Shown: piece after piece, positions 1 through 9,516 of the stretch
How the letters are laid out: each line of letters opens with the position of its first letter
How positions within the stretch are numbered: position 1 is the stretch's first letter
Origin: Pseudomonadota bacterium
Lineage (GTDB): Bacteria > Myxococcota > JACRCW01 > JAFGSX01
Assembly (NCBI GenBank): GCA_043821645.1
Contig: JBDRCO010000076.1
Location: 130,965-194,964 of the forward strand
Direction of reading: 5' to 3'
Length of the DNA: 64,000 nucleotides
Made by a program: the position numbers and the translations under genes
Notes under the pieces: generated by a model
Databases searched by the model: none
The model's input: only the letters and a program-made list of their open reading frames with translations
Told to the model about the DNA's origin: nothing

Positions 1-630
1 GGTCTGGGAAACGACGACGAGTGCTTCATGTTCGTGCCGCCGGGCTGTGACTGCTACGGGTGCTGCGCGTTTGACATCAATGGGGACGACGTCAAGGAAG
101 AGGTGCGCCTGGGTGGAGCCTGCGAACGCTTCGTGGTGACCGGGACACCCCAGGCGGGGCAGCTCGGAGGGGCCTGCCTCGGTGGAGGAACCTGCAGCGG
201 AACCCTGCTGTGTGTCACGGATACCGGGGGCGGTTCTTTCTGCGCGCCTTGCGAGCCCTGCGCCAACTTCGGCGGAACGCAGTGCAACGAGACCACGGGG
301 GAGGGGTGCTGCTGGAATGTCTGCGACGAAGCGGCTGGTGAGATTTGCTTCGGCGACGAGCCGCCGCCGCTGTCACCCTACGACGCAGGTTCTTCAGTCA
401 CGGATAGCAGCACGGCCACGGGCACGGACTCCGGCAGCAGCACGGTCCACGACGGCTCGTCCTCGAGCAGCGATGCTGCGACCACGACCCGCGACGCCAG
501 CACGACAGGGAACGATGCGAGCTGGCCCGGCGATCCGCGGTGCAGCGATCTCCCCTACTGCGGGCCAGATGGTCCCTGCCCCACCGGCACCTTCTGCTAC
601 TTCGCCTGCTGCTATCCACTGCCTGGGTAG
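1..630 (+). CDS. Cys-rich exported protein, 5'-truncated by window edge; resembles myxobacterial CglD-like lipoproteins
   Basis: Frame is open from base 1. Contains PPGCDCYGCC, further Cys clusters, an Asp/Ser/Thr linker and a C-terminal CGPDGPCPTGTFCYFACC module. The CglD resemblance is from memory and unverified. Confidence 0.6.
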   Translation, partial: GLGNDDECFMFVPPGCDCYGCCAFDINGDDVKEEVRLGGACERFVVTGTPQAGQLGGACLGGGTCSGTLLCVTDTGGGSFCAPCEPCANFGGTQCNETTGEGCCWNVCDEAAGEICFGDEPPPLSPYDAGSSVTDSSTATGTDSGSSTVHDGSSSSSDAATTTRDASTTGNDASWPGDPRCSDLPYCGPDGPCPTGTFCYFACCYPLPG

Positions 631-729
631 ACCCAATCGGGCAGGAAAAGGACGAGATCGCTGAGGCTCTGAGAAGGGGGTTCTCACCCAGCCCGAGGCC
701 ATCGCGCTTCTTGGACTCGTCAGCGTGAC

Positions 730-1998
730 TCAGCGATAGGGACTGAACAGGGCCACGCTGGTGCGCCGTGCGTTGAGCGCAAGCAGTTCTACCGCACCAT
801 AGGCGTCACCGCTGGTCTCGGGGATCTGCTGCTGGACAAACTCGACGATGATGGTCCGGGCCTGCTGGCCTGAGCTTGTGGTATCGCACTCATCCCACAG
901 CTCAAAGATCGTGGCGCGACGTTCGAGGGTCGATTGGCTCTGGTCCGCCCACACCTCGCACAGGTGCGCGTGCAGTCCGTCAAGAGCCGAGCGCTGCACA
1001 CGAGCCAGGTGCTGGCTGCGAAGCTGATCGCGCAGATTCTCGGTCTCGGTCAACAAGCAGGTCTTGGCCGTGGCGTAGGGGTCCTCAGCCACGGCGCGCA
1101 TGGCTGACTCGGTGATGTCGAAGATGCCGCTGATGCTGTTGGCGGTCAGGATGAGGTTGAGCATGGCCAGGACATCCTTGACGTCGTCGTTGACGGGGAT
1201 TCCCTGGGCTTTTCCCAGCTTCTGGAGCTCGTGGCGGCGTTCGCGCAGCGCGCGCTGCAGCTCGGCCCGCGGGTCCTTGAACAGCTCAGGCAGGCGCTCG
1301 ACAGGCACACCGAGGGCGCGAGCGCGGATATGCGGTGGGTCGTACAGCAACACGCTGCCATCGGCGAAGATCTCGGCGTGGATCTGCGATCCCTGGTAGG
1401 TGTAGCCGCCGTCCGCGGTGGGTGTGAGCTGGCCCAGGAGGGTACCTGCCCGGTCGCGCTCCGTGACAGGGACCTGACCGTAAGACGGATCAAAAAGGTG
1501 GGCCATCGGGTCTGGCCTGTCCATCCTGCGCTCCAGGGTCGATGCACCGGGATGCAGTCCGCGGCTCCCGGCGGCGAGCACCTGTTCCAGGAACGAAGGT
1601 GCAGACTCCTCGGGCGTGGTGGGAGTGCGGCGGAAGCTGATGGCGGCAGGCGCTGGAGCCAGCTCCGGCGAGCTTGGCGTCGTGCCAAGGTCCTCAGCCA
1701 CGGGCTCGATGCCTGCAACCTGTGGCTGCTTCTCGTCGCCACGACGGATAGATCTTGCGATGGGACGCGGCTCCAGGATCCTGGCTGGTTGCGCAGCGAC
1801 AGCTGGCGGGGTCTCAACGCGTTCCAGTAGCAGCACGGGAAGGACGCGGTTCGTGGTCTTCGTGGCGTCGGATACAGGTTCGGGCCAGGTGCTGATCCAG
1901 AAGGCGAGTCCGCCGTGGAGCAGCAGCGCCAGCACCAGGGCCACACCCAGGCGGGTGACACTGTTCAGAGGTCGGCGTCCTGGGCGGTCATCCATCAT
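730..1998 (-). CDS. Hypothetical membrane-anchored protein (N-terminal TM, Pro/Ala linker, globular C-terminal domain)
   Basis: 422 aa. The hydrophobic segment LGVALVLALLLHGGLAFWI resembles a TonB-like anchor and is followed by a Pro-rich linker. Confidence 0.7.
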   Translation of the reverse strand: MMDDRPGRRPLNSVTRLGVALVLALLLHGGLAFWISTWPEPVSDATKTTNRVLPVLLLERVETPPAVAAQPARILEPRPIARSIRRGDEKQPQVAGIEPVAEDLGTTPSSPELAPAPAAISFRRTPTTPEESAPSFLEQVLAAGSRGLHPGASTLERRMDRPDPMAHLFDPSYGQVPVTERDRAGTLLGQLTPTADGGYTYQGSQIHAEIFADGSVLLYDPPHIRARALGVPVERLPELFKDPRAELQRALRERRHELQKLGKAQGIPVNDDVKDVLAMLNLILTANSISGIFDITESAMRAVAEDPYATAKTCLLTETENLRDQLRSQHLARVQRSALDGLHAHLCEVWADQSQSTLERRATIFELWDECDTTSSGQQARTIIVEFVQQQIPETSGDAYGAVELLALNARRTSVALFSPYR

Positions 1999-2117
1999 CG
2001 AGGGTCCTGCGCTGCGTCAACTTCAGTATATCCCTATGCGAGGCGAGCACGATCTTGCCGCCGAGGCCTGGTTTCCGCGTTATCTTGTGCTGACGACCTG
2101 CGAGACGGGGAGGGCGC

Positions 2118-2312
2118 ATGACCGACAAGGCCGAGAACACCGAGCCCGCGTTCAAACCGCCAGCTCCCGACGAGCTGCGCCGACGCATCGCCCGCACCCT
2201 CGACGACAGCACGGAGCAGGAGCTGCAGGACGGGGTCTATCCCAAGAAATGTGGCATTGGTGCCTTCACCTCGACCGAGGGCGATGAAGAGACACCACAG
2301 CGTCGGCGGTGA
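2118..2312 (+). CDS. Small hypothetical protein (64 aa)
   Basis: GGGAGGG RBS before the ATG, typical codon usage, fills an intergenic gap. Confidence 0.5.
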   Translation: MTDKAENTEPAFKPPAPDELRRRIARTLDDSTEQELQDGVYPKKCGIGAFTSTEGDEETPQRRR

Positions 2313-2456
2313 GCTCGAACAGATTTCCCTGCACAATGTCGACGTGAACTTGGCGAACGGAAGACCTCCAGCTCCCCGCGAGGTCATCTTTTCTTGCTCA
2401 CCAAGACAGCGTCTCCATTGTCTGGCTTCTCCTGGAGGGACGGCGCAGCCAACGTC

Positions 2457-2993
2457 CTAACCCCCCACGCTCTCCAGGTGATACTCGAGCTGCACCAGAC
2501 CGCTCTTGAATGCCTGGCTGCGCAGCAGCTTCAGCCTGCGCAGCTCGAGCTCCGGGGTGAACAGCGGAATACCGCGACCCAGGACCAGGGGCACCAGGGA
2601 CAGGGTGAGATCGTCGACAAGCGCCGCCTGCAGGAACTGCCGGATGACCTGACCGCCGTCGACGTAGATCCTGCGAAGGCCCTGCACCCCGAGCTCGGCC
2701 ACGAGCTGGCCAGGGGTGCCCTGAAAGAACTGCTCGCCGTGGCGCGGCTCCGCGGGACGGTGGCTGAGTACCACGCAGTGCTTGCCGGGGTAGGGCCAGG
2801 CGTCAAAGCCGGTCACCACGTCGTAGGTGCGGCGGCCCAGCACCACGCCGTCGACGCGGGCTATAAAGGCGTCGAAGCCGAAGTCCTCACCGGTGCTGTT
2901 CACCGACTCGAGCCAGGCGAGGCCGTCGTCGGGATCCGCGAGGTAACCATCGAGGCTGGTGGCGACGAAGACAGAGCAACGGGGTCGTGACAT
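2457..2993 (-). CDS. Dihydrofolate reductase / RibD C-terminal domain family protein
   Basis: Motifs VFVATSLDGYLA, LGRRTY, IYVDGG and LVLGRGIPLF. ATG at 2993 preceded by GAGGAG. Confidence 0.9.
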   Translation of the reverse strand: MSRPRCSVFVATSLDGYLADPDDGLAWLESVNSTGEDFGFDAFIARVDGVVLGRRTYDVVTGFDAWPYPGKHCVVLSHRPAEPRHGEQFFQGTPGQLVAELGVQGLRRIYVDGGQVIRQFLQAALVDDLTLSLVPLVLGRGIPLFTPELELRRLKLLRSQAFKSGLVQLEYHLESVGG

Positions 2994-3109
2994 GTCCAGC
3001 TCCTCAATCTGCCCCCAAGTGCGCCATTTGACGCCTGATGCCACCCGCCACGACAGGCGCCCTCCGGCCTCGATTTCGGACTAGGCTTGGCCAGTCAGGA
3101 GGATACGCC

Positions 3110-3928
3110 GTGGCAGCTTTCTGGGAAAACAAGGTTGTGTTCATCACCGGGGCGTCGAGCGGCATTGGCGAGGGCCTGGCCCTGGCCCTGGGGCGAGCGG
3201 GTGCGGCCGTGGGCCTGATCGCGCGACGCGAGGACCTGCTGCGCGATCTCGCACACCGCATCGAAGCCGAGAGCTCCCGGGCCGCGGTGGCCGTGGCCGA
3301 CGTGAGCAACCGCGAGCAGATCGAGGCTGCCATCGCCTCGCTGGAGCAACAGCTCGGTCCTCCCGACGTGCTGGTGGCCAACGCCGGCGTCAGCATCTTC
3401 ATAAAGGGGCACCGCTTCGACACGACCAAGGTGGAGACGGTTTTCAAGGTGAACCTGCTCGGCGCGGTGTATTCCATCGGCGCGGTACTGCCTGGCATGG
3501 TCGAGCGCGGCCAGGGTCACATCGTCGGTGTGTCGTCGATCGCGGGCTTTCGCGGCCTGCCCAGCATGGGACCCTACAGCGCCAGCAAGGCCGCCCTGTC
3601 CGCCCTGCTCGAGGCCCTGCGCATGGATCTGACTCCCCGCGGCATCGTGGTGAGCTCGGTTCACCCGGGCTTCGTCGACACCCCACTGGTCGAGGGACGT
3701 AAGCTGCCCTTCCTGGTTCCGCTCGACCGAGCCGTGGTCACCATCCTCAATGGTGTCGAGCGCGGCAAGCGACGCATCGAGTTCCCCTGGCCCATGGTCC
3801 TGGTCATGCAGCTCGTCCGCCTGCTGCCCTGGCGGCTGTGGGAGTGGCTGGGCAGCCAGTTCAATCGCCGCATGTCCTCGGGCAAGCCCAAGACGCAGGT
3901 CGACACCCCACCGGCGCCGCCCGCCTGA
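3110..3928 (+). CDS. Short-chain dehydrogenase/reductase (SDR)
   Basis: TGASSGIG, VANAG and catalytic YSASK. GTG start after AGGAGG. Confidence 0.93.
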   Translation: MAAFWENKVVFITGASSGIGEGLALALGRAGAAVGLIARREDLLRDLAHRIEAESSRAAVAVADVSNREQIEAAIASLEQQLGPPDVLVANAGVSIFIKGHRFDTTKVETVFKVNLLGAVYSIGAVLPGMVERGQGHIVGVSSIAGFRGLPSMGPYSASKAALSALLEALRMDLTPRGIVVSSVHPGFVDTPLVEGRKLPFLVPLDRAVVTILNGVERGKRRIEFPWPMVLVMQLVRLLPWRLWEWLGSQFNRRMSSGKPKTQVDTPPAPPA

Positions 3929-3964
3929 GGGGGCCCAGGCCGTCGCGCCCGCGCACCCCGCACG

Positions 3965-4471
3965 TCAGTCCTGTGTTGTCGACGTCGCAGGTGCCGCGGT
4001 CCTCGGCTTCACCTCGAGGACCTGCGGTGGTTTCGCGCGCTCACGCAGCAGGAGCCAGCGCGCCAGGACCACGCCTGTCCCAATGGCCGCCACTTCCTGG
4101 AACATGGGGAGCAACAGAAAAGGGAGCACCACGCCGGCGAGCACCACAGCGATGCGCAGTGCCAGGTTGATGCTGTCCTGGCGGTCCCACTTGTCGGGTG
4201 CCAGGTAGGGCTGACCGCACGACAGGCACCAGGGCACGGTGTTGATGCGCAGGAAATGGCAGTGCCCGCACAGGGGCCGCTCACAGTTGACGCAATGCTC
4301 CTGGGCTTCAACGTGGTGCTCCGGACAGGGCAGGGGCCGCGCTGGTCGCGGGGGTGTGATCAATTGTCCGGGCACCAGGGGCACCTCGGCATCCCGGGCA
4401 TCGATCGGACAGTGCGGGCACTGCGCCCCGGTGGCGACGAGCGGAAGGCCGCAGCGTGGGCAGGTGCTCAC
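3965..4471 (-). CDS. Zinc-ribbon + B-box-like zinc finger membrane protein
   Basis: CPRC..CPHC, CPEH..CVNC..LCGHC..CLSC and two C-terminal hydrophobic segments. Start overlaps the upstream stop (GTGA). Confidence 0.65.
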   Translation of the reverse strand: MSTCPRCGLPLVATGAQCPHCPIDARDAEVPLVPGQLITPPRPARPLPCPEHHVEAQEHCVNCERPLCGHCHFLRINTVPWCLSCGQPYLAPDKWDRQDSINLALRIAVVLAGVVLPFLLLPMFQEVAAIGTGVVLARWLLLRERAKPPQVLEVKPRTAAPATSTTQD

Positions 4472-6123
4472 GGCCTGTGGGTCCAGATCTCGCGATGCGC
4501 GTCCAGAAAGCTCACCTCGTAGATCAGGGTCTCGCCGTCGGGGCTGAAGCTGGGAGCGGACTTCTGAGTGTGCTTGGTCTTGAGGCGCTGCAGTCCGGAG
4601 CCGTCAGGTTGCACGACGTAGAGGTCCGTGGCGTCGATCTCGGCGTCCTGAAAGAACTGGCCGTAGCGCTTGTCAGCCTTCATCTTGTCGCCCAGGTCCG
4701 TCTTGAACACGCCCTCGAAGACAATGCTCCCATCGCGGGGCGACACCGCGAAATCGCCAAAGCCCCGGATCTCCCCTTCGGGCTTGAGCACAACGGTCTC
4801 GTTGTCGCCACCGGCATCCAGGCTTACCAGCTGTTGCTGTCCGTCGGGCTCCGGGCCCTGCACCAGGGCGAAGATCTGACTGCCATCGGGGCCGAAGATG
4901 GGGGACTGGTAGTGGCCACTGCGGGTGAGCTGCTTCTCGCGTCCGCTCGAGGGCTCGAACTGATAGATGTCGCCAACGTAGCGCCCGGCGCGCTCGAGGG
5001 TGCGGTCGTCGATGGCCGTGTCGTCGTCGTAGCCCCGTCGCCCACGAACAAGATCGCGCACCCGATCGGGATCCTGGGCCTGGTAAATCAGCACGTCGTC
5101 CCTGGGGGACCAGCTCAGGTGGGAGCAATTGTTTCGCGAGACCATGCGGATCTGGCCGCTCTGTGAGTCGAGGACGCTGAGGGCATCGTGGAGACGCTCG
5201 CGCCAGTTGCTGTTGATGAAGGCCAGCCAGCGTCCCGACGGGCTCCAGGCGAAGGTGTGGGCGTCGACCAGCCGCCGGGGCTCGCCGCCCTGGGCGGGGA
5301 GGTGAAAAATCACGGAGCGCCCGCCGTCGTCTCCGTCGTCACTCCATCCCACAAAGCTGATCTCGGCGTGGCGAGGACGCCAGGCGAAATCCAGGTACTC
5401 GACCCGGCCCTGGCCGACGTTGACCAGCTTGCGCGGCTCGCCTCCCAGCTTCTGCACCACCAGCCAGGTCTCACCGCTGATGTTTCCCTCGAGCGCTGCC
5501 ACGGCACCGAACAAGGTTGCACGAGGCGCCTGCAGGTAGGCCAGGGTCTTGCCATCCGACGAGAAGCGCGCATGCGAGGCGTCCTGCTTGTCCGGCGCCT
5601 GGACCAGAACACCTGAGCTTGGCGCCAGTACCGCGCGGGCGACGACGGCGAGGATGGCGAGCCCGGTCACGCCTCCACCGATCAGGGCCACGCCACGATA
5701 GGAGCGCTCCGAGCTGCGTCCGGCCTCCTCGCCGGACAGCGGCAGGCGCGGCGGCGGCGCGATCTCCGGGGCACGCAGGAGCCGGGCACGTTCCTGCACG
5801 AAACGATTGGCTGGTTCCAGCCGTGCGGCCTTGGTGATGTACTCACGTGCCAGTTCCTTGGCCCCGGCCTCGAGGTAGATGTTGGCCAGCGCTGCCCACA
5901 GCGTGCAGGTCTCGGGCTTGCCTCGGATCTCCTGCTCGATGGCCTGCACGCGCTGCTGCACCTCGGCCGGCAAGGTCGGCAGAACCTGCTGCCGCAGATC
6001 GCGGTGGGTCTGGTCGTCGTCAGGGATCAGGACTTGGGCACAGCGTGGGCAGATCACGGCGCCCGGTGCGGCGGCGATCTGACACGCCGGGCAGGTCGGC
6101 GCGGTGCGAGGGTCGGCTGCCAT
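4468..6123 (-). CDS. Zinc-ribbon/TPR/TM/TolB-like (PD40) beta-propeller protein
   Basis: N-terminal CPAC..CPRC, a TPR-like helix pair, one TM, then repeated FSSDG/WSPSG/FSPDG propeller motifs. Confidence 0.8.
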   Translation of the reverse strand: MAADPRTAPTCPACQIAAAPGAVICPRCAQVLIPDDDQTHRDLRQQVLPTLPAEVQQRVQAIEQEIRGKPETCTLWAALANIYLEAGAKELAREYITKAARLEPANRFVQERARLLRAPEIAPPPRLPLSGEEAGRSSERSYRGVALIGGGVTGLAILAVVARAVLAPSSGVLVQAPDKQDASHARFSSDGKTLAYLQAPRATLFGAVAALEGNISGETWLVVQKLGGEPRKLVNVGQGRVEYLDFAWRPRHAEISFVGWSDDGDDGGRSVIFHLPAQGGEPRRLVDAHTFAWSPSGRWLAFINSNWRERLHDALSVLDSQSGQIRMVSRNNCSHLSWSPRDDVLIYQAQDPDRVRDLVRGRRGYDDDTAIDDRTLERAGRYVGDIYQFEPSSGREKQLTRSGHYQSPIFGPDGSQIFALVQGPEPDGQQQLVSLDAGGDNETVVLKPEGEIRGFGDFAVSPRDGSIVFEGVFKTDLGDKMKADKRYGQFFQDAEIDATDLYVVQPDGSGLQRLKTKHTQKSAPSFSPDGETLIYEVSFLDAHREIWTHRP

Positions 6124-6214
6124 GGACGCTCCCCTTGAGAGGACAGCATTGTAGCGGCCGCGCGCCCTGGGTTGAAGTGGTCACCCGTCCTGGTGGCTCC
6201 CTCCGGGGCGCGGC

Positions 6215-7393
6215 TCAGGGTGCGGGCTGGGGCTGTCCGCGGTAGGGATCCTCGAGGTACTTCCTGGCCAGCTTGGAGGCCTGTCGGTTCCAGGTCCGGC
6301 CCTCGTGATCGCGCGCCTCCTCGTATAGCAGGATCGCCTTGGCGCGTTCTCCCCGGAGATCGGCCAGCATGCCCTGCAGTAACGCGATGCGGGGTGTGCC
6401 GGTGAGCTGATCGAAGCGAGGATCCCTGCGCAAACCTCGCAGCACACCCTCCGCGTCGTCCAGACGGCCCAGGCACAAGAGCGCTTCGGCCTCGGCCAGG
6501 TGGGCATTGAGGGCGGTGGGTGCGTCGTAGTTGCGCACTCCCTTCGCACTCTTTCCCACGGCCTGTCGCGCATGCTCCAGGGCTTGTGCCGCGTGGCTCG
6601 ATGCGAGCAGCACGTTGGCGTGTTCCACGTCGAGATACGGATTGTCGGGAAAGCGCGCGATGAGCTGCGAGGACAGCTCCAGCCCACGCGCCGATCGTCC
6701 TGGCTCGAACAGGGTGTAGATGTTCGCCAGCAGCGAGGTGGCTCCCAAGCCGTGCAAGGTGCTGCGGGTCCTGGCGCGCTCGAGGGCCATCAAGCCCTGT
6801 TCGGTGCTGCCGCGGGGCACAAACCACAAGAAGTTCATCCATTGCATGAAGCGGGGCAGCCGGCCCGCATAGTAGGCGTAGGCACCAAAGGGAAAGTAGA
6901 GGTCCTCGCAAGTAGGATCCACGGAGTTCGTGGTCTGGCACAGTGCTATGGCCCGCTCGAGGTGGTCACGACCTTTCTCGCCACGGCTTCCACCAGCGTA
7001 GAGATTGCCTCGCTGGGCCTCGAGCCGGCCCAGGTAGGTGTTGCACAGGCCCAGGTAGTGCAGCCCATCGACGCGCGTGGTGTCGACGTCAGCCAGGGGG
7101 AGCGCCTTCGCGATGCACTGTTGAAGGTGCAGGATGATGCGAGCGTCGTACTCCGCATTGCTCAGGTCCGGGTTGATGCGCCAGAACAGCACGCTGGCCT
7201 GATAGAAATCGCCAGCCGGGTGGTTCGGGAACTGCTGCCCCAGCTCCCTGAGCTTGTGCTCGGCCACATCGTAGTCACCGGCGAAGGTCTGCTCGGTGAT
7301 CTGATTCAGCAGCTCGCGCCCCGGAGGGGTCGCGGCTCGGGTGCTGGAAAGCGAGAGCAGCCCGAGGAGCAGTGCAGCGCTACAAAGCGTCAT
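6215..7393 (-). CDS. Secreted tetratricopeptide-repeat protein
   Basis: Signal peptide MTLCSAALLLGLLSLSSTRA followed by helical TPR-like repeats (e.g. ARFPDNPY). Confidence 0.75.
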   Translation of the reverse strand: MTLCSAALLLGLLSLSSTRAATPPGRELLNQITEQTFAGDYDVAEHKLRELGQQFPNHPAGDFYQASVLFWRINPDLSNAEYDARIILHLQQCIAKALPLADVDTTRVDGLHYLGLCNTYLGRLEAQRGNLYAGGSRGEKGRDHLERAIALCQTTNSVDPTCEDLYFPFGAYAYYAGRLPRFMQWMNFLWFVPRGSTEQGLMALERARTRSTLHGLGATSLLANIYTLFEPGRSARGLELSSQLIARFPDNPYLDVEHANVLLASSHAAQALEHARQAVGKSAKGVRNYDAPTALNAHLAEAEALLCLGRLDDAEGVLRGLRRDPRFDQLTGTPRIALLQGMLADLRGERAKAILLYEEARDHEGRTWNRQASKLARKYLEDPYRGQPQPAP

Positions 7394-7406
7394 CGTGGGG
7401 ACATGC

Positions 7407-9479
7407 TCACGGCAGCGGGAACAGGATGAGTCCCTTGAGCATCTGCTCGAGGCGCGGCACGGTCTCGATGCCGGTGGAGTTGGTCTCGCAGTAATGGTCT
7501 CCCGGCGCGTCGTCGACCCAGGGGTTGTCGGCCAGTTCAAAGCGCCACGGCGGCACCAGGTAGCCGATCTCGTCGTTGGCCAGGCCCACCATGAACTTGT
7601 ACTTGCTGTCCGCCAGATCGAGCAGGTACGGCGGACCGGGCGCCTTGCTGACGTCGGGTGGGTTCGGGTTGTTCGGACTCACGATGGAGTCCAGGCCGCC
7701 CGGGGTGTGGCTTCCGTCGTAGCCACCGATGGCCAGCTCAGGGAAGCCCTCGCCCGGCAGCGTGAGCAGGGTCACGGGTCCGATCTCGACCACAGCCACC
7801 TCGCTCATCAGGTGCGGCCGGTTGCCATCGTCAATGGGATCGTCGCGACGCCAGTCGTACACCTGGCGGTCGAACAGGCCACGCATGAGCGCGAAGTGAA
7901 AGATGACGTTGTCGACGGGGATCTTGAGCGCCTTGGCACGTACGGTGACACGACCGCGGACCACGGACTCGGCATCCTGCAGAGCGGCCAGAGCGACGGC
8001 GCCAATGTTTTGTCCGTAGGCCTCGGTGCGCGTAAAGGTCTTGGGGTTCTCGCGGCCCTCGGTGTTGCGGTACGGGTAGGCTGTGCCGTCGTAGCCCACG
8101 AAGTCGAACTTGTTGGGGCCCATCAGGCCGCCGACCATGCCCTGCAGGTAGACACAGATCCCTCCGGCGCCCGGCAGGGCCGGACCACCGGGGCCTGCGG
8201 GCAGCCCATCCTCGACGGCACGGCGCAGGCCATCGGCGTAGTCCGACGAGACAAAGTTGTTCAGGCTGCCCAGGCTCTCGGGGTGGTTGGCCCAGGACAC
8301 CAGGGTGCCGATGGGCACGTTGTCATCTCGCCCGACGGCGCGGATCACCAGCATGCGGTCGTCGATGATGTTGGGATCCTCGTAGTCGCCGATGAAGCTC
8401 GTGTAGCCGGTCTTCGTCTCGGCCACCTCCAGCCGCGCGGGCGTCAGCTGGGCCACGGCCTCGGCCACGGCCTCGGTCGCCTGTTCGATGATGAAGGCGA
8501 TGTGACCGGGCATGCAACCGGGGAGATCCGAGATGTCCGATGATACGGCAGGGTTCGCCATACCCCACTGGCCCATGGTGTCCGGGGCCTCGTGGGTGTG
8601 GGTGGAGCTGAGCAACACGTAGTCCACGTCCGCACCGCTCGCACGCAGCCGCTGCGTCACGGCCTCGCGCACCTTGACCACGTCGTCGTAGAAGAAGCCG
8701 ATGGCGTCAAGCGACAGGATGGCCACGGTGGTGTCGCCGCTTTGCACCACGAAGGCGCGCACCCACAGCGGATCGTGAACACCCACTGCGGGTCTGTTGC
8801 TGTCGAAGCCGGCGATCCACATGCCCTGAAACTCACCGTCTCCCTCGCCACTGTCCGGTCCGGGATAGGTCACATCCTCGCCATCCACGGCACCGTCGCC
8901 GTCGTTGTCGATGCCGTCGCTGGCCTCGGCGCCGGTTTCTGGCACGTTGCCCGGACACAGGCGATCCAGACCGCAGTCCAGGAAGAAGTCCATGACCCCG
9001 TCGCCCTCGGAGCGATCCGCGTCGGGGCCGGTGTATTCGACGTCCTCGGCATCGGTGAGCCCGTCGCGATCGTTGTCGATACCGTCGCTGGCCTCGACGC
9101 CGCTCTCGAGGTTGGGGCCGATGTTGTCCGCGCAGATCTGGTCCCTGCCGCAGTCGCGCTGGAAATTGAGGTGCAACATGCCGCAGCGGCGGATGCCGAA
9201 GAACTGCTGCATCTCTGGCAGGCACTCCGCGCTGTGTCTGTCCTCGAGGAAACCCGGTCTCGCGATCTCAAAACCCCTCGGGGTCACCTCGCGCTTGGCC
9301 ACGCCCACATGAAGCGCGTCGTCCGACGACGGCGCACAGGTCGGGCCGCCAGGGCAATACACGTCAGGGACCTGGGCCCCTGGGGGTAGGCCCGGCGGCG
9401 GCTGGCACGAGTCACAGGCCGTTCCGCACAGCAGCACAGCCGCCAGGGTAGAGCCAAGACGCCAGGGAGCGCTGGACAT
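7407..9479 (-). CDS. Neutral/alkaline ceramidase-like lipoprotein with Ca-binding DGIDNDxDG repeats
   Basis: HDPLWVRA, STHTHEAPD, WANHPE, SSDY, LPGE and GLANDEIGY motifs of the neutral ceramidase N-terminal family. Lipobox-like GTAC. GAGG before ATG 9479. Confidence 0.75.
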   Translation of the reverse strand: MSSAPWRLGSTLAAVLLCGTACDSCQPPPGLPPGAQVPDVYCPGGPTCAPSSDDALHVGVAKREVTPRGFEIARPGFLEDRHSAECLPEMQQFFGIRRCGMLHLNFQRDCGRDQICADNIGPNLESGVEASDGIDNDRDGLTDAEDVEYTGPDADRSEGDGVMDFFLDCGLDRLCPGNVPETGAEASDGIDNDGDGAVDGEDVTYPGPDSGEGDGEFQGMWIAGFDSNRPAVGVHDPLWVRAFVVQSGDTTVAILSLDAIGFFYDDVVKVREAVTQRLRASGADVDYVLLSSTHTHEAPDTMGQWGMANPAVSSDISDLPGCMPGHIAFIIEQATEAVAEAVAQLTPARLEVAETKTGYTSFIGDYEDPNIIDDRMLVIRAVGRDDNVPIGTLVSWANHPESLGSLNNFVSSDYADGLRRAVEDGLPAGPGGPALPGAGGICVYLQGMVGGLMGPNKFDFVGYDGTAYPYRNTEGRENPKTFTRTEAYGQNIGAVALAALQDAESVVRGRVTVRAKALKIPVDNVIFHFALMRGLFDRQVYDWRRDDPIDDGNRPHLMSEVAVVEIGPVTLLTLPGEGFPELAIGGYDGSHTPGGLDSIVSPNNPNPPDVSKAPGPPYLLDLADSKYKFMVGLANDEIGYLVPPWRFELADNPWVDDAPGDHYCETNSTGIETVPRLEQMLKGLILFPLP

Positions 9480-9516
9480 GGCAGACCTCGTCATCTGGGC
9501 AGGCCGGGCAGGGTGG

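Noticed and set aside
2118-2312. RiPP precursor peptide
   Set aside because: No modifying enzyme or transporter nearby, and the radical SAM genes are more than 25 kb away.
2312-2457. Possible riboswitch or gene remnant between the small ORF and the DHFR-like gene
   Set aside because: It lies between convergent 3' ends, and I could not match a known aptamer or a convincing reading frame.
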